DNA of 62,823 nt, counting the filler, from Octopus bimaculoides (lineage: Eukaryota): assembly GCF_001194135.2 (NCBI RefSeq). It is 4 parts of 4 records of this genome, joined end to end, with 100 filler letters (N's around TTAATTAATTAA, not from the genome) between each part and the next. Parts side by side here need not be neighbours in the genome. Positions count along the whole stretch, not along the records: positions 29,700 to 55,466 come from NC_068983.1; positions 55,567 to 59,818 come from NC_068996.1; positions 59,919 to 62,823 come from NW_026296049.1; 1 more part is not named here. One strand, 5' to 3'. Made by a program: the position numbers and the translations under genes. The notes under the pieces were generated by a model, which saw nothing but the letters and a program-made list of their open reading frames with translations, was not told the origin of the DNA and did not search any database. Numbering within the stretch: the stretch's first letter is position 1; each line of letters starts with the position of its first letter. Shown in pieces: positions 50,452 to 62,823 of this stretch.

Positions 50452-53067
50452 CTTTAACTGCATCGCGGAAGTCCCTCACCGTTCGCTTCTTTTACAGAGC
50501 TTAGAAAAACTGTAGAACCGCTGCAATAAGCGCGTAGATCTGAAAGCGGGATATGTTGAATAAAATCATAATTAACTGATCCTATATATTTTTCGAGCAT
50601 CATCCGGAGTATTCGAGAGGTTCCAATATTATTGTTGTTGGTGTTGTTGTTGTTGTTGCTGTTGTTGTTTGTAGTAGTAGTAGTAGTAGTAGTATCGGTG
50701 GTGTGGAGGTGGCATGGCAGAGCGTTGGCAGCGTTGTCGGGCTTGATGAAATAAGTACCAGTTGAGCTCTGGAGTCGATGTAATCAAGTAGCCACCTGCT
50801 CTAAAAATTTCAGGCCTCGTCGTCGTCGTCCTCGGTATTTCTTGCCATGGGAAGTCGTCTTTTGCGAGGTTTGAAAGAAGATTGTTCCGTTCCAGAGTAT
50901 TTTACAAGAGAAACCTGTCAAAGTAACCGAAATATCGTTTTTTTTTTTGCCAAATGAGCCATATCAGACGAAACCTGTATCCAGTGGCAGTAACCACCCA
51001 CCATCCCTTATGAACTTACCGTTCCAGATGCCAAGTTTTATGGCCAGTAAGCTGTGTTGGATATGATCCTCCTCGAGTATGATGCAGACTCCTTTCACTT
51101 TTTATCGGCTTATATCTATCAATATCTCCAACCCTCTCTGCAGTGACTCGAACACAAAAATATACAGAAGTGATAATTAGATCATCCTCGACAAACAAGT
51201 CGTGCGACTCCAAATGCTTCCAGTCGGCAAACGATTTACCGGTCTGATCACTAAACAGATAGTGCAGTACATAGTATCGATCCAGAACCAAGCCTTTGGA
51301 CAATTGCGCAATAGCGACGGTCGAAACAGTCGAAAACTTTAGTCTGATCAAATTTATTGCCGACCCGTTTTATGCTGTATCACATGAGTTGGAAGTTGTT
51401 CAGGATTAATCTGCCTGAAAGCTCGCAGGTTTGTGTGTCAAATGCCAACGTATTAGCATGCACCTTTGCCAAAACTCTTTCTCAACAAAGTCACTAATCT
51501 CATGCTTACAAATCTAAGAATGTTTCTAATTGCAGTAAACAACTACCAATAGAGCAATGAACATGTCCGATATGTAGCTATAAAGCTCGGAGGGTAACCC
51601 TACCTGTTCCGACGTTCAAAATGTCTAGGTTTGTTTTTATGCTGAAATCGGCTTTTACCGGATTTTTGAGGTTGACCGTCGAGCCAGACATCGAAGACAC
51701 CCGTCTGTAGTTTGTCGATCTTCACAGACATTTTGTTTAAGCTCTACCAAAAAGGCGCACACATCCGTTTGGGATTGGATAGTACATTCTCACTGCGTTC
51801 AGTCGAATATTGAAATGTTTGTTGCTATGCTGCGCCTTCGACATCGGAATAACCATTGAATAGCTATCTTCCCTTCACCTTATTCGAATGCACACGTCTT
51901 AATTCAGACAATGAAACCGTCATGTTTTGAAAGAAAATCTATGACAGGAACACATTCTCACTGCTTCTAATTCGTACTTCATATGCTATGCTGTTTCGAA
52001 TAGAATCTAACTTTGAATCTAACTACCAGTTCCTTCACCAGTCTGTTATATTTGGTGTTAGTCCCTTACTAAAACTAATTGATTCTGTACCTCTTTACTG
52101 CGATCCGCCACCTTTCGTTGCCAAATGCTAGCATCAGTTTCCACTTACAGCCTCGCTAATTCATTCACTGCAGCCTTTCCGGAACTGGAATGATGCATTT
52201 GTTTTCCAGAAACTAGGGCCCTGGCCAGATGATCTATCTAATCTAACTATGCACATCATGAACCCGTTATCTGTGTAGCTAACCACCTTCAATTGAAAAC
52301 ATCCTATATTGTCCTACGCCTTTCACGGGATCATAATGTTAGCAAAGCTCTAGCTGCTTTTATTACTAAAAGTTATTGGGAGGCGAGTGATTGACAAAAA
52401 CTTAAGAGCGTCAGGAAATATTCCTTGTAGTATTTTGATGCGGCCTTTTGCATTTCAGGTTCTAATCCCGCTGAGGCTAAAACTGCCTTTCAGCCTTCCA
52501 GGTTTGATAAAATGAAGTCCCAGATAAATACTGATGTCCATGGTATCGACTACCATTCTCCTCAAAATTACCGGCCTTGTACCTAATTTGAAAACAATTG
52601 TTAAATCTATTAAAGCTAACGCCATTTTACTACTTGTAATTGTTAAAGAGTAAACATCATTGCTCACAACTGTGTCTGCTTATTCAATTGTCATCATTAG
52701 GTTTTTGCTAGTCCTTTTTCTTTTTTCCTTTCAATGTATGTTTTTATTAACAGAATATTCAAAATTCTTTTACGTTGCTTCCACATTTACAGCTAACACC
52801 ACCTTCCGCTCCTCCGGTGGAAGCCATCTTATATTACAAGTAAACAATATTTGCAAAATATATTAAATGTTTAAAACGAACCCTGTTTTTCCACCCCGGG
52901 GTATTTGGGTGGGCGATCAAATGTCTTTGCTGATAAAATAGACCATAAAACAAGCAAATAGAAAAAGAAAAAAATGAAAAGAATAATAATGTTTTTCATC
53001 AAATGAACGAAGAAAATCCAATTCTTCTCCGGAGCTGTGTTACAGTAGTCCGTTCATCGCAAACAAC

Positions 53068-53160
53068 ATTGATGATGATGATGATGATGATGATGATGAC
53101 GATGATGATGACGACGACGACGACGACGATGACGACGACGACGCCGATGATTATGATGAT
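53068..53160 (+). repeat. Compound (GAT)n/(GAC)n microsatellite, representative of the many (TA)n, (CA)n, (CT)n, (ATAG)n, (ACAG)n and (TACA)n tracts bordering most gaps
   Basis: Directly visible. Confidence 0.95.
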
Positions 53161-53776
53161 GTCTTATTTTTTTCTTTTAATTTGCCAGCGCTAACAGAAA
53201 CATGAAAATTATGTAATAAAAGGCACAATTTTAAGGATGAAGTATACATATTTGTTGATTAACAAAAGCCTTTTTTTTTTTTAAAATAGCTATCTGTGTG
53301 ATAACAGAAACGCACACATTCACACACATGTACACATCTATATCCTCATACGTAGTTATGTGTATGCATACATACGCCCACGCACACACATATATGTACA
53401 CAATTATGTAGGTGGTCGCACTCCCGCTCACACATTCTCACAAACACAAATAACAAAAGCTTTGATTTAGTAAACGCACATATTAATATGCATATGTGTC
53501 TATATATGTATATGTGTGTGTGTGTGTGTGCATTCTTTTTCTTTTATTCTTTTACTTGTTTCAGTCATTTGCCTACGGTTATGCTGGAGCACCGCTTTTA
53601 AGTGTCTTTTAGCCGAAGAAATCCACCCCAAGACTTATTCTTTGTAAGTCTAGTACTTATCCTATCGGTCTCTTTCTTTTGCCGAACCGCTAGTTTGCGT
53701 GAACGTTAACACACCAACATCGGTTGTCAAGTGATGCTGATGGAACAAACACAGGCACAAAGACACACAAACTCAC

Positions 53777-53822
<46 letters not shown>

Positions 53823-54711
53823 NNNNNNNNNNNNNNNNNNNNNNNNNNNNNNNNNNNNNNNNNNNNNNNNNNNNNNNNNNNNNNNNNNNNNNNNNNNNNN
53901 NNNNNNNNNNNNNNNNNNNNNNNNNNNNNNNNNNNNNNNNNNNNNNNNNNNNNNNNNNNNNNNNNNNNNNNNNNNNNNNNNNNNNNNNNNNNNNNNNNNN
54001 NNNNNNNNNNNNNNNNNNNNNNNNNNNNNNNNNNNNNNNNNNNNNNNNNNNNNNNNNNNNNNNNNNNNNNNNNNNNNNNNNNNNNNNNNNNNNNNNNNNN
54101 NNNNNNNNNNNNNNNNNNNNNNNNNNNNNNNNNNNNNNNNNNNNNNNNNNNNNNNNNNNNNNNNNNNNNNNNNNNNNNNNNNNNNNNNNNNNNNNNNNNN
54201 NNNNNNNNNNNNNNNNNNNNNNNNNNNNNNNNNNNNNNNNNNNNNNNNNNNNNNNNNNNNNNNNNNNNNNNNNNNNNNNNNNNNNNNNNNNNNNNNNNNN
54301 NNNNNNNNNNNNNNNNNNNNNNNNNNNNNNNNNNNNNNNNNNNNNNNNNNNNNNNNNNNNNNNNNNNNNNNNNNNNNNNNNNNNNNNNNNNNNNNNNNNN
54401 NNNNNNNNNNNNNNNNNNNNNNNNNNNNNNNNNNNNNNNNNNNNNNNNNNNNNNNNNNNNNNNNNNNNNNNNNNNNNNNNNNNNNNNNNNNNNNNNNNNN
54501 NNNNNNNNNNNNNNNNNNNNNNNNNNNNNNNNNNNNNNNNNNNNNNNNNNNNNNNNNNNNNNNNNNNNNNNNNNNNNNNNNNNNNNNNNNNNNNNNNNNN
54601 NNNNNNNNNNNNNNNNNNNNNNNNNNNNNNNNNNNNNNNNNNNNNNNNNNNNNNNNNNNNNNNNNNNNNNNNNNNNNNNNNNNNNNNNNNNNNNNNNNNN
54701 NNNNNNNNNNN

Positions 54712-54758
<47 letters not shown>

Positions 54759-55566
54759 GACAACTGATGAAGGGCTGTTCTTTGTGTTACTTGTCCTGTT
54801 TTCCATTTTCTTCTCTCGTTGTTTGCGTATTTATCTCGTTTGTTTTCGTAATTCATGTTGTTTACACAGTTTCCATTTCCAAGTAAGTTCACGGGCTTAT
54901 TTCCGTTTTCGTCTATCAAATCCACTCAACGCTTTGGTTGGCCTAAGGCTATAGTAGGATGCACTTGCCTAAGGTGCCACACAGAGGGACTGAACCTGGA
55001 ACCATGTGTTTGGGAAGCAAGCTTCTTACATATGTACTGGCAATCAATTTTTTAGCGATTGAATGCAGAAGTATTTAATACAAAATGTTATGTTTATATG
55101 TGCAAACTCCACAACTTGTAAATACTGATAAATAAAACAAAAAGCATGAAAGAACAATTGCTGACGGGTGCAGTAGAAGATGTGCTTTCTGACGAGTTCA
55201 AATGTCCATGATGTCCATGATGTTGGGCATTGCGTTGTTGATATTGTTATACCTACTGATCCTAGTGGTGGCGGTGGTAGTGGTGGTGACGGCAGTGGTT
55301 ATGATGCTAATGATGATGACGCTACTAACGATGATGCTGGGGATGATGATGACGGCAGTGGTGGTGGTGGTGGTGCAACCAGTGCAACCAGTGCAAAGAA
55401 TTTGGCAGGGGATTGGCATGTGTGGAGAGACTGACAAAATGGAGGCTATAAATTTTATGGGTTTTCNNNNNNNNNNNNNNNNNNNNNNNNNNNNNNNNNN
55501 NNNNNNNNNNTTAATTAATTAANNNNNNNNNNNNNNNNNNNNNNNNNNNNNNNNNNNNNNNNNNNN

Positions 55567-55614
<48 letters not shown>

Positions 55615-55617
<3 letters not shown>

Positions 55618-56210
55618 GAATTCACAAGGGTATTATTCACTACGACCGTTTCGATCCATCCTGCGTCGGTCTCTCACGGGTGAAGTGCTGTACTAATAGT
55701 TGTGGCGTACCATTGGTGCAGTTGTGTCTCGCTCGGTGATTTGTCCGCCCACCACTGCAGTATAGTTTGTTCTAATAGAACAGCGATGTTTAAGTGGGTT
55801 AGATATTCCCTCTCGGTATTAATACTGCCTCTGTCGTTAATACATATCTTTTAAGAAGCTCACTGGCTAATCGCGGCATCAGGGGCTGTCCTGGCACTGT
55901 CAATCTATATATCGCTGACGGAGGGGATGAAACGCTACTGCCTCTTGCGGTCGAGTACCCATCATTGACAAGACCATGCAAGGTCGAAATCGCATGGTTT
56001 ACTGGTCTCAGCACTGGAGATGACAAGGATTTATCTCCCCGCTAGCGATATAAACAGTAGTGTATTTTACACTAAAAATCCATGAGAGTTTCTCTCGAAG
56101 TAACTACTGCCGTATAGTTTGTTCAAACAGAATATCTACGTTTAATTGGGAATAAACATTACCTATCGTTATTAACACTGCCTCTGTCACTAATATATAT
56201 TTTTTTATAA
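55615..56210. mobile_element. Unclassified repeat with an internally duplicated module of about 100 bp, homologous to 25690-26310
   Basis: The module tatagtttgttc.aa.agaa...tattaa.actgcctctgtc occurs at about 55760 and 56110, and inverted at about 25700 and 26040. Confidence 0.65.
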
Positions 56211-56529
56211 AAAAAACTTAATAAGAGCCAAAAAGTAACTGAAGAATATGTGATTCTGAAGAAACAGTCAATTCAATTTGTCGTGTAGTTTGGTCGTAAG
56301 TCAAAAGGAAATACATATACAGAATCGGAACTATGATACATTACCATCATTGCATCAACCACGGCCGTCCCTTCGATGCAAAAAGGGAAGAGAGTGAGAG
56401 AACAGCGTTTCAGAAAAATATTAAATTCAATAGAATTTGAAGGAAAAATTGGTATTCGTTTCCCTCTCTCACTTCTATCTATCTATCTGTTTCTATCACT
56501 CTTTTTTCTCTTTATCTGTCGATTCCTCA

Positions 56530-56571
<42 letters not shown>

Positions 56572-57078
56572 NNNNNNNNNNNNNNNNNNNNNNNNNNNNN
56601 NNNNNNNNNNNNNNNNNNNNNNNNNNNNNNNNNNNNNNNNNNNNNNNNNNNNNNNNNNNNNNNNNNNNNNNNNNNNNNNNNNNNNNNNNNNNNNNNNNNN
56701 NNNNNNNNNNNNNNNNNNNNNNNNNNNNNNNNNNNNNNNNNNNNNNNNNNNNNNNNNNNNNNNNNNNNNNNNNNNNNNNNNNNNNNNNNNNNNNNNNNNN
56801 NNNNNNNNNNNNNNNNNNNNNNNNNNNNNNNNNNNNNNNNNNNNNNNNNNNNNNNNNNNNNNNNNNNNNNNNNNNNNNNNNNNNNNNNNNNNNNNNNNNN
56901 NNCTCTCTCCTCTCTCTTTACTCTTTCCCCCAGTGTCTGCTTTTCTGTCGCACTTTCACCTTTTAACTTCAGATCTTTTTGTAAACTTCGTTCCCTCTCT
57001 CCCTCCTACCGCTCCTCATTATTTTTCTCCCTTTCTTTGTCTTTTCTGTTTCTTTTTCTTCCCTTCTCTCTCTTTCAC

Positions 57079-57133
<55 letters not shown>

Positions 57134-57792
57134 CAATAACCAGGCAACTGCATCGTTCAGTATTAATTACAGAGGCTTTTGTCAACAAAATCTTGCAATA
57201 AAACACGCTTTTTGTTCGTAGCCCAAACAGTTAGCAGCGTCGCTCTTCTAAAAGAAGTTCCGGTCCTCTTCATCAAAAGATGGCTTTTCAAGACGAAAAT
57301 ATTCTTCTATTCCATGAATTCTCTGCTGATTTCCTTCTGAAAGAAATAATAAACTTTCAATTGAATGGAGTTCGTTCTTATGAAGAGAAAGGGTTACTGA
57401 TTTTTTATTTTCATTTTTTTATATTTATTTATTTATAGGAGAAATTATTTCTTTCTCTTTTTTTCCCCAGTCTGTGATATTCTGTGACCAATCTGCTAGC
57501 GTGATTCCTTCCAAATTTCTAAAAAAATTTCCGTCCGATGCGGTTATATTTTTCACTTGTTATTGTCATAAGACTGTGGCCATGCTGGGACACCGTCTTG
57601 AAGAATTTTGAGTTGAATATATCGACTCTAGAGCTTATATTTTTTCTGTAAAGCCTAGTACTTATTCTATTGTTCTGTTTTGACGAACCATTAAGATACG
57701 AGGGCGTAAACAAACGAACACCTGTTGTTAAACTGTCGTAGCACACACACACACACACACATGTATACATACATATATATATGTATGTATAC

Positions 57793-57876
<84 letters not shown>

Positions 57877-58666
57877 CGACGCGTAATCACAGGGATGTGA
57901 GTTCCAGTCTCATGACTGGCCGGTAACGTATTTTTCTGCAATGTATGGATAATTTATCCTGATCATGCTATTTATTAACATTATCACGCGTTTGAGAATT
58001 AAAAAATTTATTTCTGTATCTTTCATTATATCTATATATACACGATGGACATCTTTCAGTTTTCGTCAATATAATCCACTCACAAACCTTTGGTCGGCCC
58101 GAGGTAACAGTAGAAGACACTTGCACAAGATGTCACGCAATGGGACTGAACCTAACCATATAATTGGAAAGCAAGCATCTTACCACACAGCCAAATTACG
58201 CACTAAGTTTATACTAACATGAAAAGCTCCTGTTTTTATTCTACCACTTCAACGAATCAATAAAGTTATCCACCATCCCCACCATGACTACCACTTTAAA
58301 TTAAATATCATTTATAAAGACTTTTAATGATAACATCAATCTACATTTTTAATAAGTAAATAAAAATAATGAAGGCATAATTTTTTAATAAGGTACTAAT
58401 TATTCATGATCATGGAAACTATTAAAACGGGCAAAAATACAATTTTACAGTTACTGTTTACAACAAAAGTTACATAAATGAGGGGCTTTAGTCTCGCTTA
58501 CAACAATAGAACTTAATACAGATTATTGACGAACGATCTTGTTAAATAAGTCATCGATTTATTCATGAAACAGTTCAGTGAATTTCTTATTTCCTAATTG
58601 TTATTATTCATATAATAATATTAACAGCAACAACAACAACAACAACAAATAATAATAATAATAATG

Positions 58667-59761
58667 AATATCTGGGCAGTTGCGGTGATCAGATATAGTG
58701 TGTCCATCCTCAAATGGATATCAGCACTAGATAGAAGAACGAGAAAGTTGATGACGCTGCATAGAGTGTTACACCCTAAAGCAAACGTAAACAGATTGTA
58801 TATGAAAAGAAGGTGGCAAAGGACTAATTAGTATAGAGCATTTTATAAGGAGTGAAAGGAGAACGCTTGCTGAGTATTAGATAAATAGTGATGAAGACTT
58901 ACTGCAATATGCCGCGAAAGATATGGGTGTAAATACAGATGAAATGATGGACAAGGAAGAGTTTAGCCCAAGACCTGAGGAGAAGAGAAAAGAAGACCTT
59001 CTTGAAATAAGAATGCATGGACAGTTTTGAGCGAGGTGATTTGAAGTGTACTACTGAAAGCGTGATCATTGCTGCACAAGACCAAGTCAGTGAAGTATAA
59101 CATCTATAAAACTTCTGACACCCAGAAATGCAGACTCTGTGCAAAGAGTGTGGAAAATGTGACCCACATGGTAAGTGGATGTGAGAACCTTGCACAAAAA
59201 GAATACAAGCATCGCCACGATAAAGTGTATGTGTATCTTCATTGGCTCTTATGCCGTAAATACCAATATGAAGTAACAGAGGACTGGTATGAGCATATAC
59301 CAAGTAAAGTTATGCAGGAGGATGGAAAAGTAACGATACTCTGGGACTATGATTTTCAGACGGATCGTGTAACCGAACACTGTCAGCCGGTTACTGTCAT
59401 ATTGAGTAAGGGAGACAAATACTGTCAGATCATTGATGCAGCCATACCAAATGACATGAATGAGGTTGAAAAAAATCAACAAGTATTCTGAACTAAAAGT
59501 GGAAATGGCAAGACTGTATGGAATGCGAGAAGGTAATGTAAAAGTGATACCAGTGGTGATTGGAGCGTTGGGCTCAATCCCATTGAAACTTCAAGACTTC
59601 TTAAGGCAACTGGAAATCCCATGCAAGATTGATGTCTTGAAAACAGCAGCTTTATTGGGCACAGCGTACATCTTAAGGAAAGTATTATGTCTGAGGTCCT
59701 TGTTGTTACTTTACAGGTGACTAAAGATTCCGGTGCATTTTACCTATACTGTGTTACGAAG
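58667..59761 (+). mobile_element. 5'-truncated R4/Dong-like non-LTR retrotransposon flanked by (TAA)n
   Basis: LDRRTRKLMTLHRVLHPKANVNRLY; CRLCAKSVENVTHMVSGCENLAQKEYKHRHD (CCHC); ILWDYDFQTD..IIDAAIP..KYSEL..VIPVVIGALG..LLGTAYILRKVL (REL). (AAT)n before 58667 and after 59761. Confidence 0.92.
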
Positions 59762-59777
59762 GAATAATAATAACGAT

Positions 59778-59818
<41 letters not shown>

Positions 59819-61010
59819 NNNNNNNNNNNNNNNNNNNNNNNNNNNNNNNNNNNNNNNNNNNNTTAATTAATTAANNNNNNNNNNNNNNNNNNNNNNNNNN
59901 NNNNNNNNNNNNNNNNNNTCTATGTTAATGTCACAGGTTTACAAGGGAGGGTAGCCCTAGAATCCCACGACACAGCTTAATTTTTTTTCTGTCATAACTA
60001 CTTTACTGAAAAATAAAAGTACTACTTTGTAATATATTCATTGTTTAGACACATGGCCAAACACAATTAGAGAAATCAATGAAATTGTGTGATATTCATG
60101 TCTTTCTTAAGAGCTCCAACTCTCTATATAAAGTGAACTGAATTAACTTGCAAACCAAACTTAGTTAATGGACTCACTCTACTCTATGTGTGTTTTTTAT
60201 TAAATGAACAGCGAGGGGCAAAATACACAGGCCAACTTGCTTCATGGTAAAAATGTATATTAAAAATTAGCTGTTGACTGAACAGCAATATTATATTTAA
60301 TTGAAATTTCACGCTTGGTGGTGCTGAAATCATTATGTTAACGACTTATTTTGGTCATGAGATTCATAAATGACAAGCTTTTTCTTCATCTCAGTAAAAG
60401 TACAATTTTGATTTAGAACTTCTTAGCTCAATACATTAAGTTGTGAGTGCCTATATTTACAAATTTATTTTGATTTCTTCACTAAATGATGAAAGTGAAG
60501 TTACTTTTGTTCTATAAGGTGAAACGTTGCAAGATCAGTTAAGTGATGAGTTATAGTCCTTGTCATAACTAAGTATAGTTGGTGTCATCCATTTACATGC
60601 TGGCTTGAAATCACAAGAGACTATATTTCACCTTTCATACTTCTGAGGTTGATGAAATGGGCATTGGTCATATACTGAGGTTGATATATTGTCATGTACC
60701 TTCACTGCAGAGTGTGTATCTTCAATATTGGTTACTTCAACAATCATTACATTTTTGTATTCTTGTTGTGAAGGGTGATAGATCGACAAAGTCATTTGAG
60801 CACCAGACAAAATGTGTTGTGGAATGTGTTCTGGCTATTTTACTTTTGAGCATAAATCCTGCTGATGCTAACTTTGCTCTTCTTGGGTCAATAGAGACCA
60901 ACCCAATAGACTTATTCCACCTCTAAATTTTGGCTTTGCTTCTTTATTGCAATTTATTGTTGTTGTTAATGTTATATTTCATTGTGTTAAATTTTATTTT
61001 TTAACTCTAG

Positions 61011-61247
61011 ATTCTCGGATCTATTTTGTGAAAATAAAAGATGCAGCTCTGGATGTAACTGAGAAAACATTGAGTAAGAATGCAATAACAGCAGATGCTT
61101 GTGCAGAAAGATGTTTTTCTGATGAAAATTGTTTATCATTTGAAATAACTAAAGGAAGTGGTAAATGTTACTTATCAAAACAAACTGCAGCTTCCTCCAA
61201 GAAAATAAAAACAGACAAAAGCAGAGATTACTACCAACGAGTAAAAT
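61011..61247 (+). CDS. PAN/Apple-domain coding exon of a probably extracellular protein
   Basis: Acceptor ttttttaactctag, donor T|gtaatt, 237 nt, symmetric phase 1-1. Peptide CAERCFSDENCLSFEITKGSGKCYLS has PAN spacing C-x3-C-x5-C-x-SF-x7-C-x-LS. Confidence 0.85.
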
Positions 61248-61707
61248 GTAATTATATTTTGTATTTTATTATTGGATTTTATTTTCCTCTTTCTGAACTC
61301 ATGTTTCCATTTGTACTTCAGAGTATATAGACAACAATTTGTGTCACAAATAGTTGTCTATATACTCTGACACAAACAACAGACATAAACATATTCTAGA
61401 AATATGCAGTATTAAGAACTGTGAATACCGTCATGGCATTCTAATACAGGTTTTGTTCACTTTGAACACATAAATGCATGCTTTTGATTAATTTTCTTTA
61501 TAGAGGAAAGAAGCTTTTGTTTTCTGGACAGTAGTAATGGCAGCAGCAGCAGTGACAGTGGAGGTCATAATAGCATTAGCAGTAATGTTATCAACTGCTT
61601 TCTCTTTATTTCCATATGTAGGTGTGGTTTAATGCTATTACTGCATAGTGCCTCAAGATTAGGAGCTGTCGTACCTAATCTGATATACATAAATTACAGA
61701 AAGGGTT

Positions 61708-61843
61708 ATGCCAAACTATGTGGTCGTGTATCTCTTATATTTTGGCATGGTTATTATGGCAGGATTCCTTTCTATTACCAACCATTATACACATGAAGAG
61801 AGTGCGTTTTATCATGCCACTAGAAGTAGAGAAATTGTTTGCT
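61708..61843 (+). CDS. Candidate signal-peptide-like exon MPNYVVVYLLYFGMVIMAGFLSITNHYTHEESAFYHATRSREIVC
   Basis: ATG at 61708, hydrophobic N-terminus, consensus donor T|gtgagt in phase 1, compatible with the 62770 exon. Upstream acceptor at 61620-61621. Confidence 0.35.
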
Positions 61844-62515
61844 GTGAGTAAAGAAGCTTCTCAATATAAATTAAGTTCCAATTTATGATTTGTGAGAACA
61901 AAATATCCAAGAAATTAACTCAGTTTTATTTCAATGATGTTGTTGTTTGCTGCTGAAATATTTCCTTCTTGAAACACAGAACACCAACAGAAATTCACTA
62001 AGTTTAGTGATCAAAAAGTTAGAAGACTCACGAATACTAGGAATACTGTAACGGGGAATTTTTCTCAGTCAAAATGAAGGCAAGCCATTTCCATATGTAT
62101 ATCTATGAGGACCTTCAGCTGGGCTGAAGCTGTAGGCCTCATTGGAATCTTTATTCTGGTCACCAACAGGAGGTTTAATCGCATTGACAGATCAGGTTTA
62201 TACAGGGACAATTGCCTCACAATTCCAAGTAATGTTAATGGCCTTACCATGAATATATAAAGAAAAACTCAAATGGAATCTTAAAGACCTAACATTTTAA
62301 CTAAATGAACATTACTTCAGACTGCAGCCATACTAGGACACTGTCCTAAAGAATTTTAGATAGATGAATTAACCCCATTAGTTACATTTTTAAAAGCTTG
62401 GAACTTTTGATGACAGTTTCTTTTGCAAAACTGCTAAGTTACAGGGACATAAACATGCCAACACCAGATGTGAAGCAGTGATGCAGGACAAACACAAAGA
62501 TAAAGATTATCTGTC

Positions 62516-62568
<53 letters not shown>

Positions 62569-62769
62569 GTGGACTTTCAGTTTCTGTCTACCAAATCCAC
62601 TCATATGGCTTTGGTTGACCTAAAGATATAGTAGAAGGCACTTGCTCAGAGTGTCACATAATGGAAGAGAACCTAAAATATTGTCATGTGGTTAAGAAGC
62701 AAACTTCTTACCACAAACCCACACTTGTGAGTATAAAATGTATTTCTTGTTTTCTTCTTCTTTCTTCAG

Positions 62770-62823
62770 CTGACAAGCCGTTGCAGATTAAAAAAGTTAG
62801 CATACAAGAGAAGGATACTATTG
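62770..62823 (+). CDS. Downstream coding exon running off the window: (S)DKPLQIKKVSIQEKDTI
   Basis: Long polypyrimidine tract ttgttttcttcttctttcttcag. Open in phase 1, which is compatible with the PAN exon donor. Confidence 0.6.
   Translation, partial: MTSRCRLKKLAYKRRILL

Noticed and set aside
55180-55437. Gly/Asp-rich ORF (SGGGGSGGDGSGYDANDDD...)
   Set aside because: Degenerate (GGT)/(GAT) trinucleotide repeats that are open in several frames on both strands, with no clear splice sites linking them to a gene.
60657-60926. ORF with a signal-peptide-like stretch (CVLAILLLSINPADA) just upstream of the PAN exon
   Set aside because: I found no in-frame ATG near the hydrophobic stretch and no phase-1 GT donor to join it to 61011. 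Left unassigned.

Overview
AT-rich, microsatellite- and SINE-dense eukaryotic scaffold with many N gaps. The repeat content looks like Octopus/coleoid cephalopod; that is inferred from the repeats and not proven. The left half (about 8-27 kb, minus strand) carries a KHDC4 (BLOM7/KIAA0907) splicing-factor orthologue. I reconstructed 8 coding exons with consistent splice phases, and the phases require one GC-AG intron. Its 5' and 3' terminal exons are unresolved. The right end (61-62.8 kb, plus strand) has a PAN/Apple-domain exon of a second gene that runs off the window. Between them lie about 30 kb of intergenic repeats: tRNA-derived SINEs, mariner/Tc1, hAT and piggyBac-like MITEs, RTE/CR1 LINE fragments, three R4/Dong-like REL retrotransposon fragments next to (TAA)n, and several long fold-back hairpins. 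The best leads are: (1) a minimal hammerhead-ribozyme motif (Penelope-like) in sense orientation in a KHDC4 intron, masked by its own antisense arm; (2) a sharp change in CpG content that marks the gene bodies; (3) recurrent long dsRNA-forming inverted repeats; and (4) an odd exon/uORF architecture in both genes. I cannot support a wholly new biological system from sequence alone. Almost all long ORFs in the supplied track are artefacts of N gaps or microsatellites.
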